Positions 46,001-54,728 of a stretch of 64,000 bases of DNA are shown piece by piece. The stretch covers positions 3,870-67,869 of the forward strand of contig CANRPN010000001.1 in NCBI GenBank assembly GCA_947632505.1, in the 5' to 3' direction. Source of the DNA: an uncultured Clostridia bacterium (lineage in GTDB: Bacteria > Bacillota > Clostridia > Christensenellales > Borkfalkiaceae). The position numbers and the translations under genes are program-made. The number at the start of each line of letters is the position of its first letter. Position 1 is the stretch's first letter. Under the pieces are notes generated by a model. That model ran no database searches and was not told the origin of the DNA. It saw only the letters and a program-made list of their open reading frames with translations.

Positions 46001-46985
46001 GTTCGAGAGCATGGGCTTCACCTGCGGCGAGGGGAGCGTGAAAGCGGAGGACGGCGCAACCGTATACGAGCCCTTTGCGATGCCCGGCTGGAAGGGCGGC
46101 ACCGTCTCTACGGGGATCCGCGGCACCGTGTTTCCCGTCAACCAATTCACGGCGAGCAGCCTCATCGCAAAGACGGAACTCGAAGCGGGGGCGACCTATT
46201 CTCTGCGGGTCGCGGTAACGGCAAGTTCGAGCGCGCAGAACGGGCTCATCAACTTTGTCGGAAAGGAGAACGCGCTCATGCTTCTGCAAACGGGAAAAAT
46301 CACGAAATATGTGGACGAAATGCGCGGCAGAGTGCATTTCGACATCGCGGGAGAGGTGACATTCGGCAACGTCTCCATTGCGGTGAGCGTGGGCAGCGCG
46401 AGCACGGCGGGCTTGCAGGTGCCCCTGCCCGGACATTTCTGCCTCGCGCTCAAAGAGGGCAGCGTCACCGTTCCCGATACCGTGGGGCTGAAACTTCTGC
46501 CGGGTGCGGAGTTTACAAGCGAGGCGGGCACGTCTTTCACCGTCAAAGGGGGCGGCGCGCTCTATGCCTACGGGCAGGAAAACCACACCTTTACGGAGGT
46601 CTCCGCCTTTCAGGACGGCAATCTCGGCGGGCTGAAAGCCTATCCCAACGGATATGTTTCGGGGTGCTACCGCAAATCTCCCGCACTCGGCTATACCGCT
46701 TCGACGCCCGCGCGGGTGAACATCGGCGGAACGTTCACGGCCGAGGAAGGGGCCCGCATCGGCGTTAAATTTACGGGCAAGGAGGGCGCGCGTCTGTCCC
46801 TTGCCGAGGGCGGGCACTATGAGAATACCGTGAAGGAGGATTTCAGCACCACAAACGACATCGGCGGATTTATGAACTCCCTCCTCGGCACAGGCGGGAA
46901 ATTCTTTCAAACTTCCTTTACTTGTGCGGACCTTTCTGCCGGGAATTACACCTTTACGGACGGGAATTGGAGCAGAGAGGAATAA
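43005..46985 (+). CDS. Large surface lipoprotein (1,326 aa): Flg_new-like N-terminus, multiple MBG-type repeats, beta-helix-like C-terminal region
   Basis: Lipobox LFALAGC. Repeated motifs Y(V/T)YGE(T/A/E)P.P...G(L/F)V.G(D/E)S and ...NYT... typical of MBG domains. Gly/Asn/Thr-rich C-terminal third. Confidence 0.85.
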   Translation: MKKFLCLGLGLCLLFALAGCSGARSYTVTFKNGESVVKTLEAKAGEQLDLRYCVKAPEKEADESYIYTFSGWTLEEGGEAVIHHTVRGNAVFYAQFQAEKREPQPPAPPEKREFTLYLHVLEETEEQKIVEGDALPLAAPELPALIAFEAWCTDEERTQETELEEMPSRDLHLYAKCGLDLPQGSLVQEGGFVYGEQNTVRVSGLTQAEGLSYAYTWQGAEGEGDSVTLTEAGEHALSVEIVASYRGLSATQTLSQTFSVRKRALQAFVSGQSSYVYGETVSPALHCEGLVHGDSANSLGARFVFAKNGVPVPQNSRLPAGDYTVTAEFPPLKNYELAPISPASFTMTKRPVSAVVTVSDITYGEEPSPQIAWSGILEDESAPSAGEAYVYLKGGEPHTGRFTPGSYTLEVNANAISMENYSLGEVNSCTFTVKKAPLTGTISLQKESVVYGEAPAPALVAEGFVYGESADLAPVFRYLGEKQGDPLPAGEYEVTAELRVPEYYTLASLRTAHLTVEKRTLTPVVAVQTEFTYGETPAPTLEFSGFAAGEGKPQLTISGSGIVYTRNGAPHEGNRFPAGNYTAAADLAALSAENYTFAEGNRAEFSVKKAQGTLDVSGVQREYTYTGSLQTVSGGATTNNSEDGVITYTNNTFTTVAEGEALIVTVTLSEGENYMGATATADGFTVHKQTLTRLPVEAPVLSEQVNKIGKTLADISISDPRFTWKSGGEPLVLGRHGYEAVYDGDPDNVFPFETSLSFSTRKEVFDLSVMGGEGDYEANAAVSGLTLASYTLTDEAGLPCGETVKTYVKFTPTATLTLSVGGTYPVQWTFVLTENDYFKVRYSEETTGETLHEFSGKAPFKWKSVELGGALYTAEDALAALLPQQTATVKYDTSFCAEDFYRGDEFYTVKSGAALLVPFGEEDTGVTEQLTPNRSYEAVAPEGYLTLSLPKGTLAVEGKLIVNADRVSNSNQTSNVRGGAYATLNIGKDAQVVVKHGGVFESMGFTCGEGSVKAEDGATVYEPFAMPGWKGGTVSTGIRGTVFPVNQFTASSLIAKTELEAGATYSLRVAVTASSSAQNGLINFVGKENALMLLQTGKITKYVDEMRGRVHFDIAGEVTFGNVSIAVSVGSASTAGLQVPLPGHFCLALKEGSVTVPDTVGLKLLPGAEFTSEAGTSFTVKGGGALYAYGQENHTFTEVSAFQDGNLGGLKAYPNGYVSGCYRKSPALGYTASTPARVNIGGTFTAEEGARIGVKFTGKEGARLSLAEGGHYENTVKEDFSTTNDIGGFMNSLLGTGGKFFQTSFTCADLSAGNYTFTDGNWSREE

Positions 46986-47708
46986 ATGGAAGCGGTTTTA
47001 CGGGTAGAAAATCTCTGTAAACGCTACCGTAAGCGGGAAAAGTATGCCGTCGAGGGCGTCTCCTTTACCTGCGGAGCGGGGGAGATCGTCGGCCTTGTGG
47101 GCCACAACGGCGCAGGTAAATCCACCACGATCAAGTGTCTCGAAGGAATGCTCCCCTACGACGGGGGCCGTGTGGAGATCTGCGGCTTCGATCTGAAAAA
47201 AAAGCCGCTCTCCGCCAAGGCGAATTTCGGATTTGTCACCGACGATCACGCCGCCTTCGTCCGCATGACCGGCAGAGGGTATCTGGCATTCATGGCGGAC
47301 GTGTATGGCGTTCCCACGCGGGAGAGAAAGCAAAGATACGAGGAGCTCGAAACAGTGCTCCGCCTCGGGGACGCCGTCGACCGTCTCATCTCTTCCTATT
47401 CTCACGGCATGCGGCAGAAGATCTGTATGATGGGGTCTTTAATGCACCGTCCCGGGCTTTGGATCCTTGATGAGCCCATGACCGGTCTCGACCCCCTCAC
47501 GATGCGCTCGGTAAAGGAATTTATGCGCAATTATGCGGCGGAAGGGCATGCGATCCTGTTCTCCTCGCACGATCTTCCCGCCGTCGCCGAGCTGTGCGAC
47601 CGCGCGGTCCTGCTCAAACAGGGGAAACAGGTGGACACGTTGTCTCTGAAATCTTCGGGGACCGAGGGAAAAGAAGCGTTGGAGGAACGGTATTTCGATG
47701 AAACTTAG
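46986..47708 (+). CDS. ABC transporter ATP-binding protein (ABC-2 exporter type)
   Basis: Walker A GHNGAGKST, signature YSHGMRQK, Walker B LWILDEP. Starts 1 nt after the upstream stop. Confidence 0.9.
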   Translation: MEAVLRVENLCKRYRKREKYAVEGVSFTCGAGEIVGLVGHNGAGKSTTIKCLEGMLPYDGGRVEICGFDLKKKPLSAKANFGFVTDDHAAFVRMTGRGYLAFMADVYGVPTRERKQRYEELETVLRLGDAVDRLISSYSHGMRQKICMMGSLMHRPGLWILDEPMTGLDPLTMRSVKEFMRNYAAEGHAILFSSHDLPAVAELCDRAVLLKQGKQVDTLSLKSSGTEGKEALEERYFDET

Positions 47709-49308
47709 GTTATTTTTGGTTCTCTTCCGAAAGGAAGTCGTGGAACGCTTCCGCGGAATGGGCGTCGCACTGTGCGTTCAGTTCCTCTTGTATGGGGGGC
47801 TTGGCGTGGCGTTCATTTGGTTTTACATGAAATTTTCGGCCGTCTATCTCGGGATCGGCGGGGACGCTGCGGCGCGCTTTTTCGAGCTGTTGTCCCTCTC
47901 TCTTGCCGTACTGCTCGCCCTTACGACGGTCGGCGCCGCCGTATCCATTGTCCGTTCCGTCCGCCTTGCCGAGGACATGCGCCTCTTTGCGGCTTTGCCC
48001 GTTTCTCCGCGCATTTTGCTTGCTGCAAAACTTGCCGATATTGTCCTTTGGCAGCTGCTTCTCGCCGCCGCGGCGGTATCCGTTTTTGCCTTTGTGCCGA
48101 ACGGCGCCGAAATACCGTGGTATTTTTTTGTGCTCGTCATCCTTTCGCTGCCTGCGCTTTCTCTGGCGCTCGGTGTGATCCTTGCCTTTCCCGTTCATGC
48201 GCTGGTGCGCTTTCTGCGCGGAAAATTTTTGTTCTCTTTCTTGATGGGGACCGCGCTCTTCGGAGCGCTGCTGTATCTCTATTCGTTCGCGCTCGGAGGC
48301 GTGAAAGAACTTCTGCTCGGCGGCGATCTCAAATACTTTTTCGGGGAAAAGGTTTTGCGCGGCATCGGTCTTGCGGCGCGGTATTCCTATCCGTCAAGCA
48401 TGCTTGCGCAGCTCCTTATCGGGGGAAGAGCGGGGTTGTATGCCCCGCTTACGGCGGGGATCGTTCTGATCGCTCCGTTCGTTTGCTTTTTTCTCTCGAA
48501 AAATTTTCTCAAAGACGCGCTCGCACAGAAGCCCGCGGGACGGTCGCCCCGTCTTACCGCCCGCACGACTCGAAAACCTAAGTTTTTTGCCTTGCTCACC
48601 AAGGAATTTGTGCAGATATTCCGCACGCCCGCCTATGCATTTTCCTATTTTTCGGTCGCGGTCGTGATGCCGCTCATGATCTATTTCTGCATGTCGGTCG
48701 GAGACTCCCTGCTCGAACAGCTGCTCGGGGTGAGCTGTTCGTTCGAACTCTCCGTCTTTCTCACGTTGCTTTACAGCGCGCTGACAAACGTGTTCTGCAC
48801 GACCAATGTGAGCCGCGAGGGACGGATGTTTTCTGTTTTGAAGGCGTTTCCCGTCAGCGCGGGGCAGGTTTTTTCGGCAAAGATTTTTTTGAGCATGCTC
48901 ACCGTATCCCTCTCCCTGTTTGCTTCGTCCGTTGCGCAATGGGCGGCGAACTTTCTCACCTTTCCCGCCGCGCTTGCCGTATTTGCGATCGGGCTTGTCT
49001 TTTCCTTTGCGCAGGTTTGTTTTGCAACGCGGTATGACTTTACGCACCCCCGTTTCTCCGCGGAGACGGACGGAGAGGTGGGAGAGGGGGACGGCGTTTC
49101 TTTGCTTTGGCTCGCACTCTCTTTGCTGCTCGGCGGGGGACTTCTCGTGGGAAAACTGTTCGCGACTTTGCGGTTTGGAAGTTTTCCCGCCCTGTACACC
49201 GTCCTCTTTGCGGGCGGAGTCTCCCTCCTGGCGGCGGTCTTTTCCGTATTCCGCCTCTTTTTCGGTTTGCAAAAGAGATATGAACGTTTTTCGGGAGGGA
49301 CCGTATGA
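47698..49308 (+). CDS. Polytopic membrane protein, probable permease partner of the ABC ATPase (536 aa, >10 TM)
   Basis: Overlaps the ATPase gene by 11 nt and is hydrophobic throughout. No specific family recognised. Confidence 0.7.
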   Translation: MKLRLFLVLFRKEVVERFRGMGVALCVQFLLYGGLGVAFIWFYMKFSAVYLGIGGDAAARFFELLSLSLAVLLALTTVGAAVSIVRSVRLAEDMRLFAALPVSPRILLAAKLADIVLWQLLLAAAAVSVFAFVPNGAEIPWYFFVLVILSLPALSLALGVILAFPVHALVRFLRGKFLFSFLMGTALFGALLYLYSFALGGVKELLLGGDLKYFFGEKVLRGIGLAARYSYPSSMLAQLLIGGRAGLYAPLTAGIVLIAPFVCFFLSKNFLKDALAQKPAGRSPRLTARTTRKPKFFALLTKEFVQIFRTPAYAFSYFSVAVVMPLMIYFCMSVGDSLLEQLLGVSCSFELSVFLTLLYSALTNVFCTTNVSREGRMFSVLKAFPVSAGQVFSAKIFLSMLTVSLSLFASSVAQWAANFLTFPAALAVFAIGLVFSFAQVCFATRYDFTHPRFSAETDGEVGEGDGVSLLWLALSLLLGGGLLVGKLFATLRFGSFPALYTVLFAGGVSLLAAVFSVFRLFFGLQKRYERFSGGTV

Positions 49309-52301
49309 GAAAAAATATTTTTGCGCTCTCCCTGATTTTGCCCCTCTTGTTTCTCTTCTCCGTGTTCTCCACCGCCAAGACGGTTGCCCTCGGCGTGCAG
49401 ATCTCGGCAAACGGCATTGAGCTTGTCGACGTTCCGCAAAACGGTTACCGCATCGACATTTCGGAGAAGCAAGAGGAAATCATTCTAAGAGCGAAAGTGC
49501 TTCCCGAAGCGGCCACCGAGCGCGGCTATTTTTTCCGTGTTGCGGGCGACGCCGTCTCGGTGGACGAAAAAGGGCGTCTGCACGCGGAGAAAACGGGTGA
49601 GGCGGTCGTTTCCGCGGTCTCCCGGGATGGGGGATTCGAGGATAGCGTCAAGGTCACGGTTTATGCCTCCGCTCCGTACGACCTCCTTTTTTCGCTCCGC
49701 GATCCCGTCTCGGGGGAGGAGTTGCTTTCCCCGACCGCGGAGGGCTATGCCGCCGCGCTTCCCACAGGAATGTATGCGTTCGAGGCGAGAACGGTCCCGG
49801 GCGGCGCCCCGGCGATTTCATCCTCCGGCTTCGCTCTTGCAGATAACGTTGCAGGCACCCTCTTTCTGCCGTTCGGCGGCCGTCATACCCTCGAACTTTC
49901 GGCCGACGGCCGATGGAAAGGAGAGAAAAGGCGATTGCATAAAACGGTCGTACTGACTGCCGAAACATATGTCACGCAGTCGGGGTTTGTCGTCAACGGA
50001 GGAAACCCCGTGCTTGTTGTGGAGAGAGCGAGCAGAAGCGCCTCTTTCTTCATCGAAGGAGAGGAGCCGAGGATAGAAGCGTGTCCCGAAATCACGGCAA
50101 GCAGTGTGGAAGCGTTGGGCGGGAACCGCTACCGTGCGCAAATTTCTTTTGCGTCGGCGGAGGATTTTTCCTTTTTTGTGACAGACGAAAGGGGGGAAAA
50201 GAGAGAGGAAGTGCAGCTCACTTTTGCCGACTTCGACTTCACGGTTCGCGCCGGACTTCCCGTGCAAACGGATCGGCCGAGCATCCTCGTCGGCGAGCCC
50301 GTCTCCTTTTATGCTGTGCCCGCCGTTCCGGCAGAGGGGGTCTCCTATGAGTGGGAGACGGAGGGGAATGCCGCCGCGGAACCGCGGGACGGGGAATGCG
50401 TCGTTACCGCCTCGGAGGCGGGCGAGCTCGCGCTGCATGTCAGAGCGGTCCGCGGCGGAAGCGTTCTGGCCGAAAAAACCCTTCCCGTCGATGCCGTGCG
50501 CAGGGTACGGACGGTACAGTTTGCCGGTAAAACGGATTTGGGGCTTGCGCGCTGTCTTGTGATCGGGGGCAAGCGTTTTTCGGGGAACGAACTGACCAAA
50601 AACGCTTATTCTCTCCATCCCGTGCTTTCGGACGGGAAAAATGAACTCTCGGGGACGGAGGATATCGCCTTTTCGGTGTCGGAAGAAGAGGCCGCGGCGC
50701 TGACTTTCGAGGAGGGAACTCCCTGCCTGTTGCCCAAGGGCAAGGGAAAAGTCAAGGTAGTGGCGGAATGGCGCGGCAACGGGTCCTACGGAGAAGACGT
50801 GCGCTCCTCGCTCGAAGTTTATGTTGTGAGCGACGGGGTAGAAGTGCGCACGAGTGAAGAGCTCTTCCGTGCGGCGGACGAGGGGCGGGAGGTCGTTCTT
50901 GCGGCCGACATTCTGCTCGGGACCGACGGGGAAGGGGCTCCGCTCTCGGCCGAAGCGCGGGCAAAACTCCTCCGCGAAATGCCCTCGACCTACAACACCG
51001 AATATTACAAAAATGCCTCCGGAGAACGGCCCGAAAATGCCAAGGTGAAATATGTGTTCGAATTTAAGAACGACGTTTACGGCAACGGATATGAACTGAA
51101 CGCAGGTCTCTTTACCGCGGAGCGGGACGGTGCGGCGCCCCGTTTTTTCCGCGGTCCTCTTTGCTTTGTCCGCTTCGGACAGCTTGCCTCCGTCGCCGCG
51201 CAGGACAACATTTCCTTCCTCGTCCGCACGGACGGCGTTACCCTCCACAATCTCGGTCTCCTCGGCTGCGGAGATGAACTGTTGCAGACGGAAAACGGCT
51301 ACGATCTTTCGAAACTGAACACGGTGGGCACGGTGCTCGAAGTGAACGCCGATTGCAGCCTTCTCAACTGCCGCCTGCGCAACGGCAGAACGGTCGCACG
51401 GGTTTACGGCGGAAACCGGGATGGAAATCGCTATTTCGCGCCCCGCCCCGCAGAGGAGGAACGCATCCATGTGCGCATGGAAGGCTGCCGTCTCTCGCAG
51501 GGAAGGGAATTTCTTCTGAAACTCGGCGCGAACGCCGCTGTCCGCTCCACAGCCGGAAACGCAGAGCCCGACCTATTTGGATATTCCGTGGAAAAAGAGC
51601 ACGGGGACGACAACTTTTATCGTGACTGCGTGTTTACCGACGTCGTGCTCAAAGACAGCGTACTCGAAACGAGCGGTCTCTTTTGTATCGGCGTGGAGAG
51701 CAATTTTTCGGGGCCGCTCCTGGCCGAAGGCGGGAGCGGGGGAGCGTTCGACGGTTGGGCGGGGACGGGCGGCACCTCCTATGCCTCCGTCCTGCGCCTT
51801 GCGGGCGATGTCCGTCTTTACGATTGGAAGGATATTTCCCTGATCGACAGTTCCACGCTCATCGAAACGGAGCTGGCAGAACTCAAACTTGACATCGCCG
51901 CCATGCTCCTGTTCGTCGCATCGCGGGAGCCCGAAAAGTATGGCGACTTGCTCGAAGCAGATGGGGATGCCCGCTTTGTGCACGGCGGCATTGCCTTTTA
52001 CGGCGGCGGGAAAAATTATTCGGTCCTTCAAGATGGGCTCGTGTCCTCCGGGCTGCGGGAGTATCGCGTCGATCTTTCGGTGCTCGGGGAGGCGGAGGGC
52101 AGCACCGGATACCAGGGGCAGATCCTGCCTTCCGCGGCGGGCACGCAGGCGTTTCGGTTCTTTCTCTATGACGCAAAGGGAAGCCGCAACCGCGCTGCCC
52201 AGCAGAAAGAAGCGCAGGAGGGGAAAAAGTATGAGTGTATTTCGCCGCTGTCGCCTTTTTCGTCGAAAAAAATCGAGGAAAATTCAAAATTTTTTGCATG
52301 A
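49305..52301 (+). CDS. Large secreted or anchored protein (998 aa) with a Big_2-like Ig domain and a right-handed beta-helix-like region
   Basis: N-terminal signal/anchor. LRAKVLPEAATERGYFFRVAGDAVSVDEKGRLHAEKTGEAVVSAV resembles Big_2. ATGA overlap with the permease gene. Confidence 0.8.
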   Translation: MRKNIFALSLILPLLFLFSVFSTAKTVALGVQISANGIELVDVPQNGYRIDISEKQEEIILRAKVLPEAATERGYFFRVAGDAVSVDEKGRLHAEKTGEAVVSAVSRDGGFEDSVKVTVYASAPYDLLFSLRDPVSGEELLSPTAEGYAAALPTGMYAFEARTVPGGAPAISSSGFALADNVAGTLFLPFGGRHTLELSADGRWKGEKRRLHKTVVLTAETYVTQSGFVVNGGNPVLVVERASRSASFFIEGEEPRIEACPEITASSVEALGGNRYRAQISFASAEDFSFFVTDERGEKREEVQLTFADFDFTVRAGLPVQTDRPSILVGEPVSFYAVPAVPAEGVSYEWETEGNAAAEPRDGECVVTASEAGELALHVRAVRGGSVLAEKTLPVDAVRRVRTVQFAGKTDLGLARCLVIGGKRFSGNELTKNAYSLHPVLSDGKNELSGTEDIAFSVSEEEAAALTFEEGTPCLLPKGKGKVKVVAEWRGNGSYGEDVRSSLEVYVVSDGVEVRTSEELFRAADEGREVVLAADILLGTDGEGAPLSAEARAKLLREMPSTYNTEYYKNASGERPENAKVKYVFEFKNDVYGNGYELNAGLFTAERDGAAPRFFRGPLCFVRFGQLASVAAQDNISFLVRTDGVTLHNLGLLGCGDELLQTENGYDLSKLNTVGTVLEVNADCSLLNCRLRNGRTVARVYGGNRDGNRYFAPRPAEEERIHVRMEGCRLSQGREFLLKLGANAAVRSTAGNAEPDLFGYSVEKEHGDDNFYRDCVFTDVVLKDSVLETSGLFCIGVESNFSGPLLAEGGSGGAFDGWAGTGGTSYASVLRLAGDVRLYDWKDISLIDSSTLIETELAELKLDIAAMLLFVASREPEKYGDLLEADGDARFVHGGIAFYGGGKNYSVLQDGLVSSGLREYRVDLSVLGEAEGSTGYQGQILPSAAGTQAFRFFLYDAKGSRNRAAQQKEAQEGKKYECISPLSPFSSKKIEENSKFFA

Positions 52302-52316
52302 AGGTGAGCAACGTGT

Positions 52317-52345
52317 TTGCAATGCGCGGAACAAAATGCTATAAT
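52317..52345 (+). promoter_or_regulatory. Near-consensus promoter (TTGCAA-17-TGcTATAAT) with a ~135-nt leader before the MBL-fold gene
   Basis: -35 at 52317-52322 and -10 at 52340-52345. Confidence 0.5.
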
Positions 52346-52486
52346 AGGATTCGCGAAAAAATCAGATGGGCAGATTTCTTCTTGTTTTTGCGGACGGACG
52401 GCCAACGTCCCGGCGCCGCAGCGGGAGGGATTTGTTCTTTGAACGCCGCAAGACGCGCAGTACACCCTATTTGGAGCGTATCATAC

Positions 52487-53269
52487 ATGAGAATCAAGTG
52501 GTACGGCACGGCGTCCCTTCTTATCGAAGCGGGTAAAACCCGTATTCTCGTCGATCCGTATTTGAAAAAATACAACCCCGCGCTGCCTCCCATTCCCGTG
52601 GAAGAGGCGGCGGGTGCGGATGCAGCGTTCATTACCCACCCGCATCTCGACCACTTTGCGGACATCGGCGCTTTTCTCGACGCCGGGCTCAAAAAGGTAT
52701 TTGTTTCGCAGCGGGGGATCGAGATCGCGCAACATAACGGCATTCCCGACGGAAGGATGATTCCGCTGGAAGCAAATGAGAAGATCACGGTGGGGGACAT
52801 TACCGTGCAGACCTTTCACAGCCGCCACTGCAAATTCGACGCGGCTACCGTCCTCTCCGTGGCGCTCAATCCCTCCACCTATCTCTTTCATTTCAAGGAC
52901 GGCGTGCGCATTCTCAAAGAGACCAAACGCTTCAAGATCGCGCCCGATGAGATCTTGGCGTTCGAATTTTCCGCGGACGGCAAAAAGCTCATGGTGCTCG
53001 GCTCCGCGGGCTTTGAAGAGAGCACGGAATATCCCGACGGCGCGGACTTGTTTGTGTTTCCCTTCCAGGGGCGGGCGCGCATGCATCGGTACATGGTGCC
53101 TTTTTTGAAAGAATTTGCACCCAAGGCAGTTATGATCGACCATTTTGACAATGCTTTTCCCCCGCTCACGCATGCGGTCAAGACGGGGAAAGTCCCCGCA
53201 ACGGTGCAAAGATATCTTCCGGGGGCAAGGTCGATCGTGCCCGTAGAGGGGGAGTGGTACGAGATATGA
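52487..53269 (+). CDS. MBL-fold metallo-hydrolase
   Basis: MRIKWYGTASLLIEAG... and FITHPHLDHF (HxHxDH). SD ggagcg before ATG 52487. Confidence 0.85.
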   Translation: MRIKWYGTASLLIEAGKTRILVDPYLKKYNPALPPIPVEEAAGADAAFITHPHLDHFADIGAFLDAGLKKVFVSQRGIEIAQHNGIPDGRMIPLEANEKITVGDITVQTFHSRHCKFDAATVLSVALNPSTYLFHFKDGVRILKETKRFKIAPDEILAFEFSADGKKLMVLGSAGFEESTEYPDGADLFVFPFQGRARMHRYMVPFLKEFAPKAVMIDHFDNAFPPLTHAVKTGKVPATVQRYLPGARSIVPVEGEWYEI

Positions 53270-53709
53270 CGCGCGCGGAGCAGGCCAAACAAAATTTTCT
53301 CGGCGGATACACCTGCGCGCAGGCGGTGCTGCTTGCGTTTGCGGACGCGCTCGCGGACGATGCGGAGACGCTGAAAAAGATCTCCCGTCCTTTCGGCGGG
53401 GGAATGGGGCGGCTTCGGCTCACCTGCGGAGGGGTCTCGGGCGGGGTAATGGCGCTCGGGCTGTTTTTTCCCGATCTTTCCAAGAGCGAGCTTTACGCCC
53501 TTGTGCAGGAGTATGCGAGGCGATATGCGGCGCGGTTCGGGAGCTGTATCTGCGGCGAGTTGTTGTCGGGCGCGGGCGTTCAGGCGGACTGTTCTCCGCA
53601 GGCGGAGGCGCGCACGCCCGAATACTACCGAAAGAGGCCCTGTCCCGAGTTGGTTTACGGCGCGGCGGAGATCCTCGAAACGCTCTTGAAAGAGCGCGGA
53701 AAACTTTAA
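53266..53709 (+). CDS. C_GCAxxG_C_C family (putative redox-active) protein
   Basis: GGYTCAQAV, CGGVSGGVMALG, CGELL and CPELV Cys motifs. ATGA overlap with the MBL gene. Confidence 0.8.
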   Translation: MTRAEQAKQNFLGGYTCAQAVLLAFADALADDAETLKKISRPFGGGMGRLRLTCGGVSGGVMALGLFFPDLSKSELYALVQEYARRYAARFGSCICGELLSGAGVQADCSPQAEARTPEYYRKRPCPELVYGAAEILETLLKERGKL

Positions 53710-53733
53710 CGCGGAACGAACTTTGGGGTTTCG

Positions 53734-53777
53734 GCGCGGCGCGCGCTGTTTTCGGCAGCGCGCGCCGCGCTTTTTTC
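53734..53777 (+). terminator. Intrinsic terminator
   Basis: 15-bp GC stem (53734-53748 / 53756-53770) followed by T6. Confidence 0.8.
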
Positions 53778-53817
53778 GGGTAAAATAAAAGCGGTTTTCA
53801 TTGCGCAAACTGTATTT

Positions 53818-54216
53818 ATGAAAAAAATATTGTGTATTTTTGCGCTATGTTGCACTTTGATTTTCAGCGGCTGCAAGGTGGAAGAGATGAGCACCCTGCG
53901 CGATATATCCCGTCCGTATGCGGGGGAATACAAGTGCAGGAAGCTGACGCTCGGCGGGCAAGATCTGCTCGGCCGCTTTGACTATCTCAAACTGAACTTA
54001 AATTATTTCGGAAAATTTCGGCTGACCTATGCCGAGGTGTCGGCGGGGGAAGGGGAGTATAGCGGCACGTACGAGGCGGGGGAAGAAGAGATTGCGTTCT
54101 GCGCTTCGGCGGGCGGGGAAAAGAAGCGTTACGTCTTTCCCTATGAGAGCGGCACGGTGCGCGTGGAGTTGCTTTTGGGTGAAAAGCTGCTTTACGCCGA
54201 ATTTTCCGCGCTCTGA
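53818..54216 (+). CDS. Small lipoprotein of unknown function
   Basis: MKKILCIFALCCTLIFSGC lipobox; 132 aa. Confidence 0.65.
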   Translation: MKKILCIFALCCTLIFSGCKVEEMSTLRDISRPYAGEYKCRKLTLGGQDLLGRFDYLKLNLNYFGKFRLTYAEVSAGEGEYSGTYEAGEEEIAFCASAGGEKKRYVFPYESGTVRVELLLGEKLLYAEFSAL

Positions 54217-54239
54217 CTGAGTTGTATTATTGCCTGTAT

Positions 54240-54281
54240 CGCCCCTCCCCCGCGCTTATGCGCGGGGGAGGGGCGTTTTTT
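54240..54281 (+). terminator. Intrinsic terminator built from the CCTCCCCCGCGC hairpin family
   Basis: Perfect 16-bp stem cgcccctcccccgcgc-ttat-gcgcgggggaggggcg followed by T6. Confidence 0.85.
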
Positions 54282-54326
54282 GCATAAGGAAAGGGACGGC
54301 GGCATAAAATGCGGATTAAAATGGCG

Positions 54327-54403
54327 CAATACGTATTGACAAAAAAATTTTTATAAAAAATTTGCAGGAAAGGGAAAAAACGGGGAAAACGCAATACGTA
54401 TTG
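54327..54403. promoter_or_regulatory. Two copies of the 12-bp perfect palindrome CAATACGTATTG (candidate dimeric-regulator sites)
   Basis: Copies at 54327-54338 and 54392-54403, centres 65 bp apart, in an AT-rich region about 100-170 bp upstream of the giant-gene promoter. Confidence 0.5.
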
Positions 54404-54498
54404 CATTTTAAGGGGCTGTGAAGGGCAAAAAAGCCGAAAATCGGGCACAAAAGGAAATTTTTGCTCAAAAAATTTTCAATAAGAACGGTTTCAAACGC

Positions 54499-54526
54499 TT
54501 GACAAATAAAATAAATAGAGTATAAT
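54499..54526 (+). promoter_or_regulatory. Consensus-hexamer promoter (TTGACA-16-TATAAT) for the giant surface-protein gene, followed by a ~195-nt structured leader
   Basis: -35 at 54499-54504 and -10 at 54521-54526. The leader contains a 13-bp GC hairpin at 54611-54641. Confidence 0.55.
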
Positions 54527-54728
54527 GGTGCCAAAAATAGTGAAAATGCGCGTATTATGTCGAGAACGCGCGCGCATAGGGGAAAGCTCGCCCCCTTTGC
54601 TACGCCAAGGGCGCCGCCGCCTCGGAATGAGGCGGCGGCGCAACGGAGCGGCCGCAAGAAGCGTACTCTTAAAAAACTTATTAAGAGCAGCGAGCGTCAG
54701 AAATTAGAATTTTTTTTGGAGGAAGACC

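Noticed and set aside
42972-51470. Several long minus-strand ORFs (42972-44717, 45906-46910, 48394-49410, 49818-51470)
   Set aside because: All are antisense to the tightly coupled + strand cassette and are Arg/Gly/Pro-rich, as expected for antisense frames of G+C-rich genes.
54533-54728. c-di-GMP (GEMM-I/II) riboswitch in the leader of the giant adhesin-like gene
   Set aside because: The context is attractive, but apart from a vague ACGCCAAGGGC resemblance to ACGCAAAGC I could not find the conserved GEMM helices or tetraloop-receptor elements. A covariance-model search is needed.
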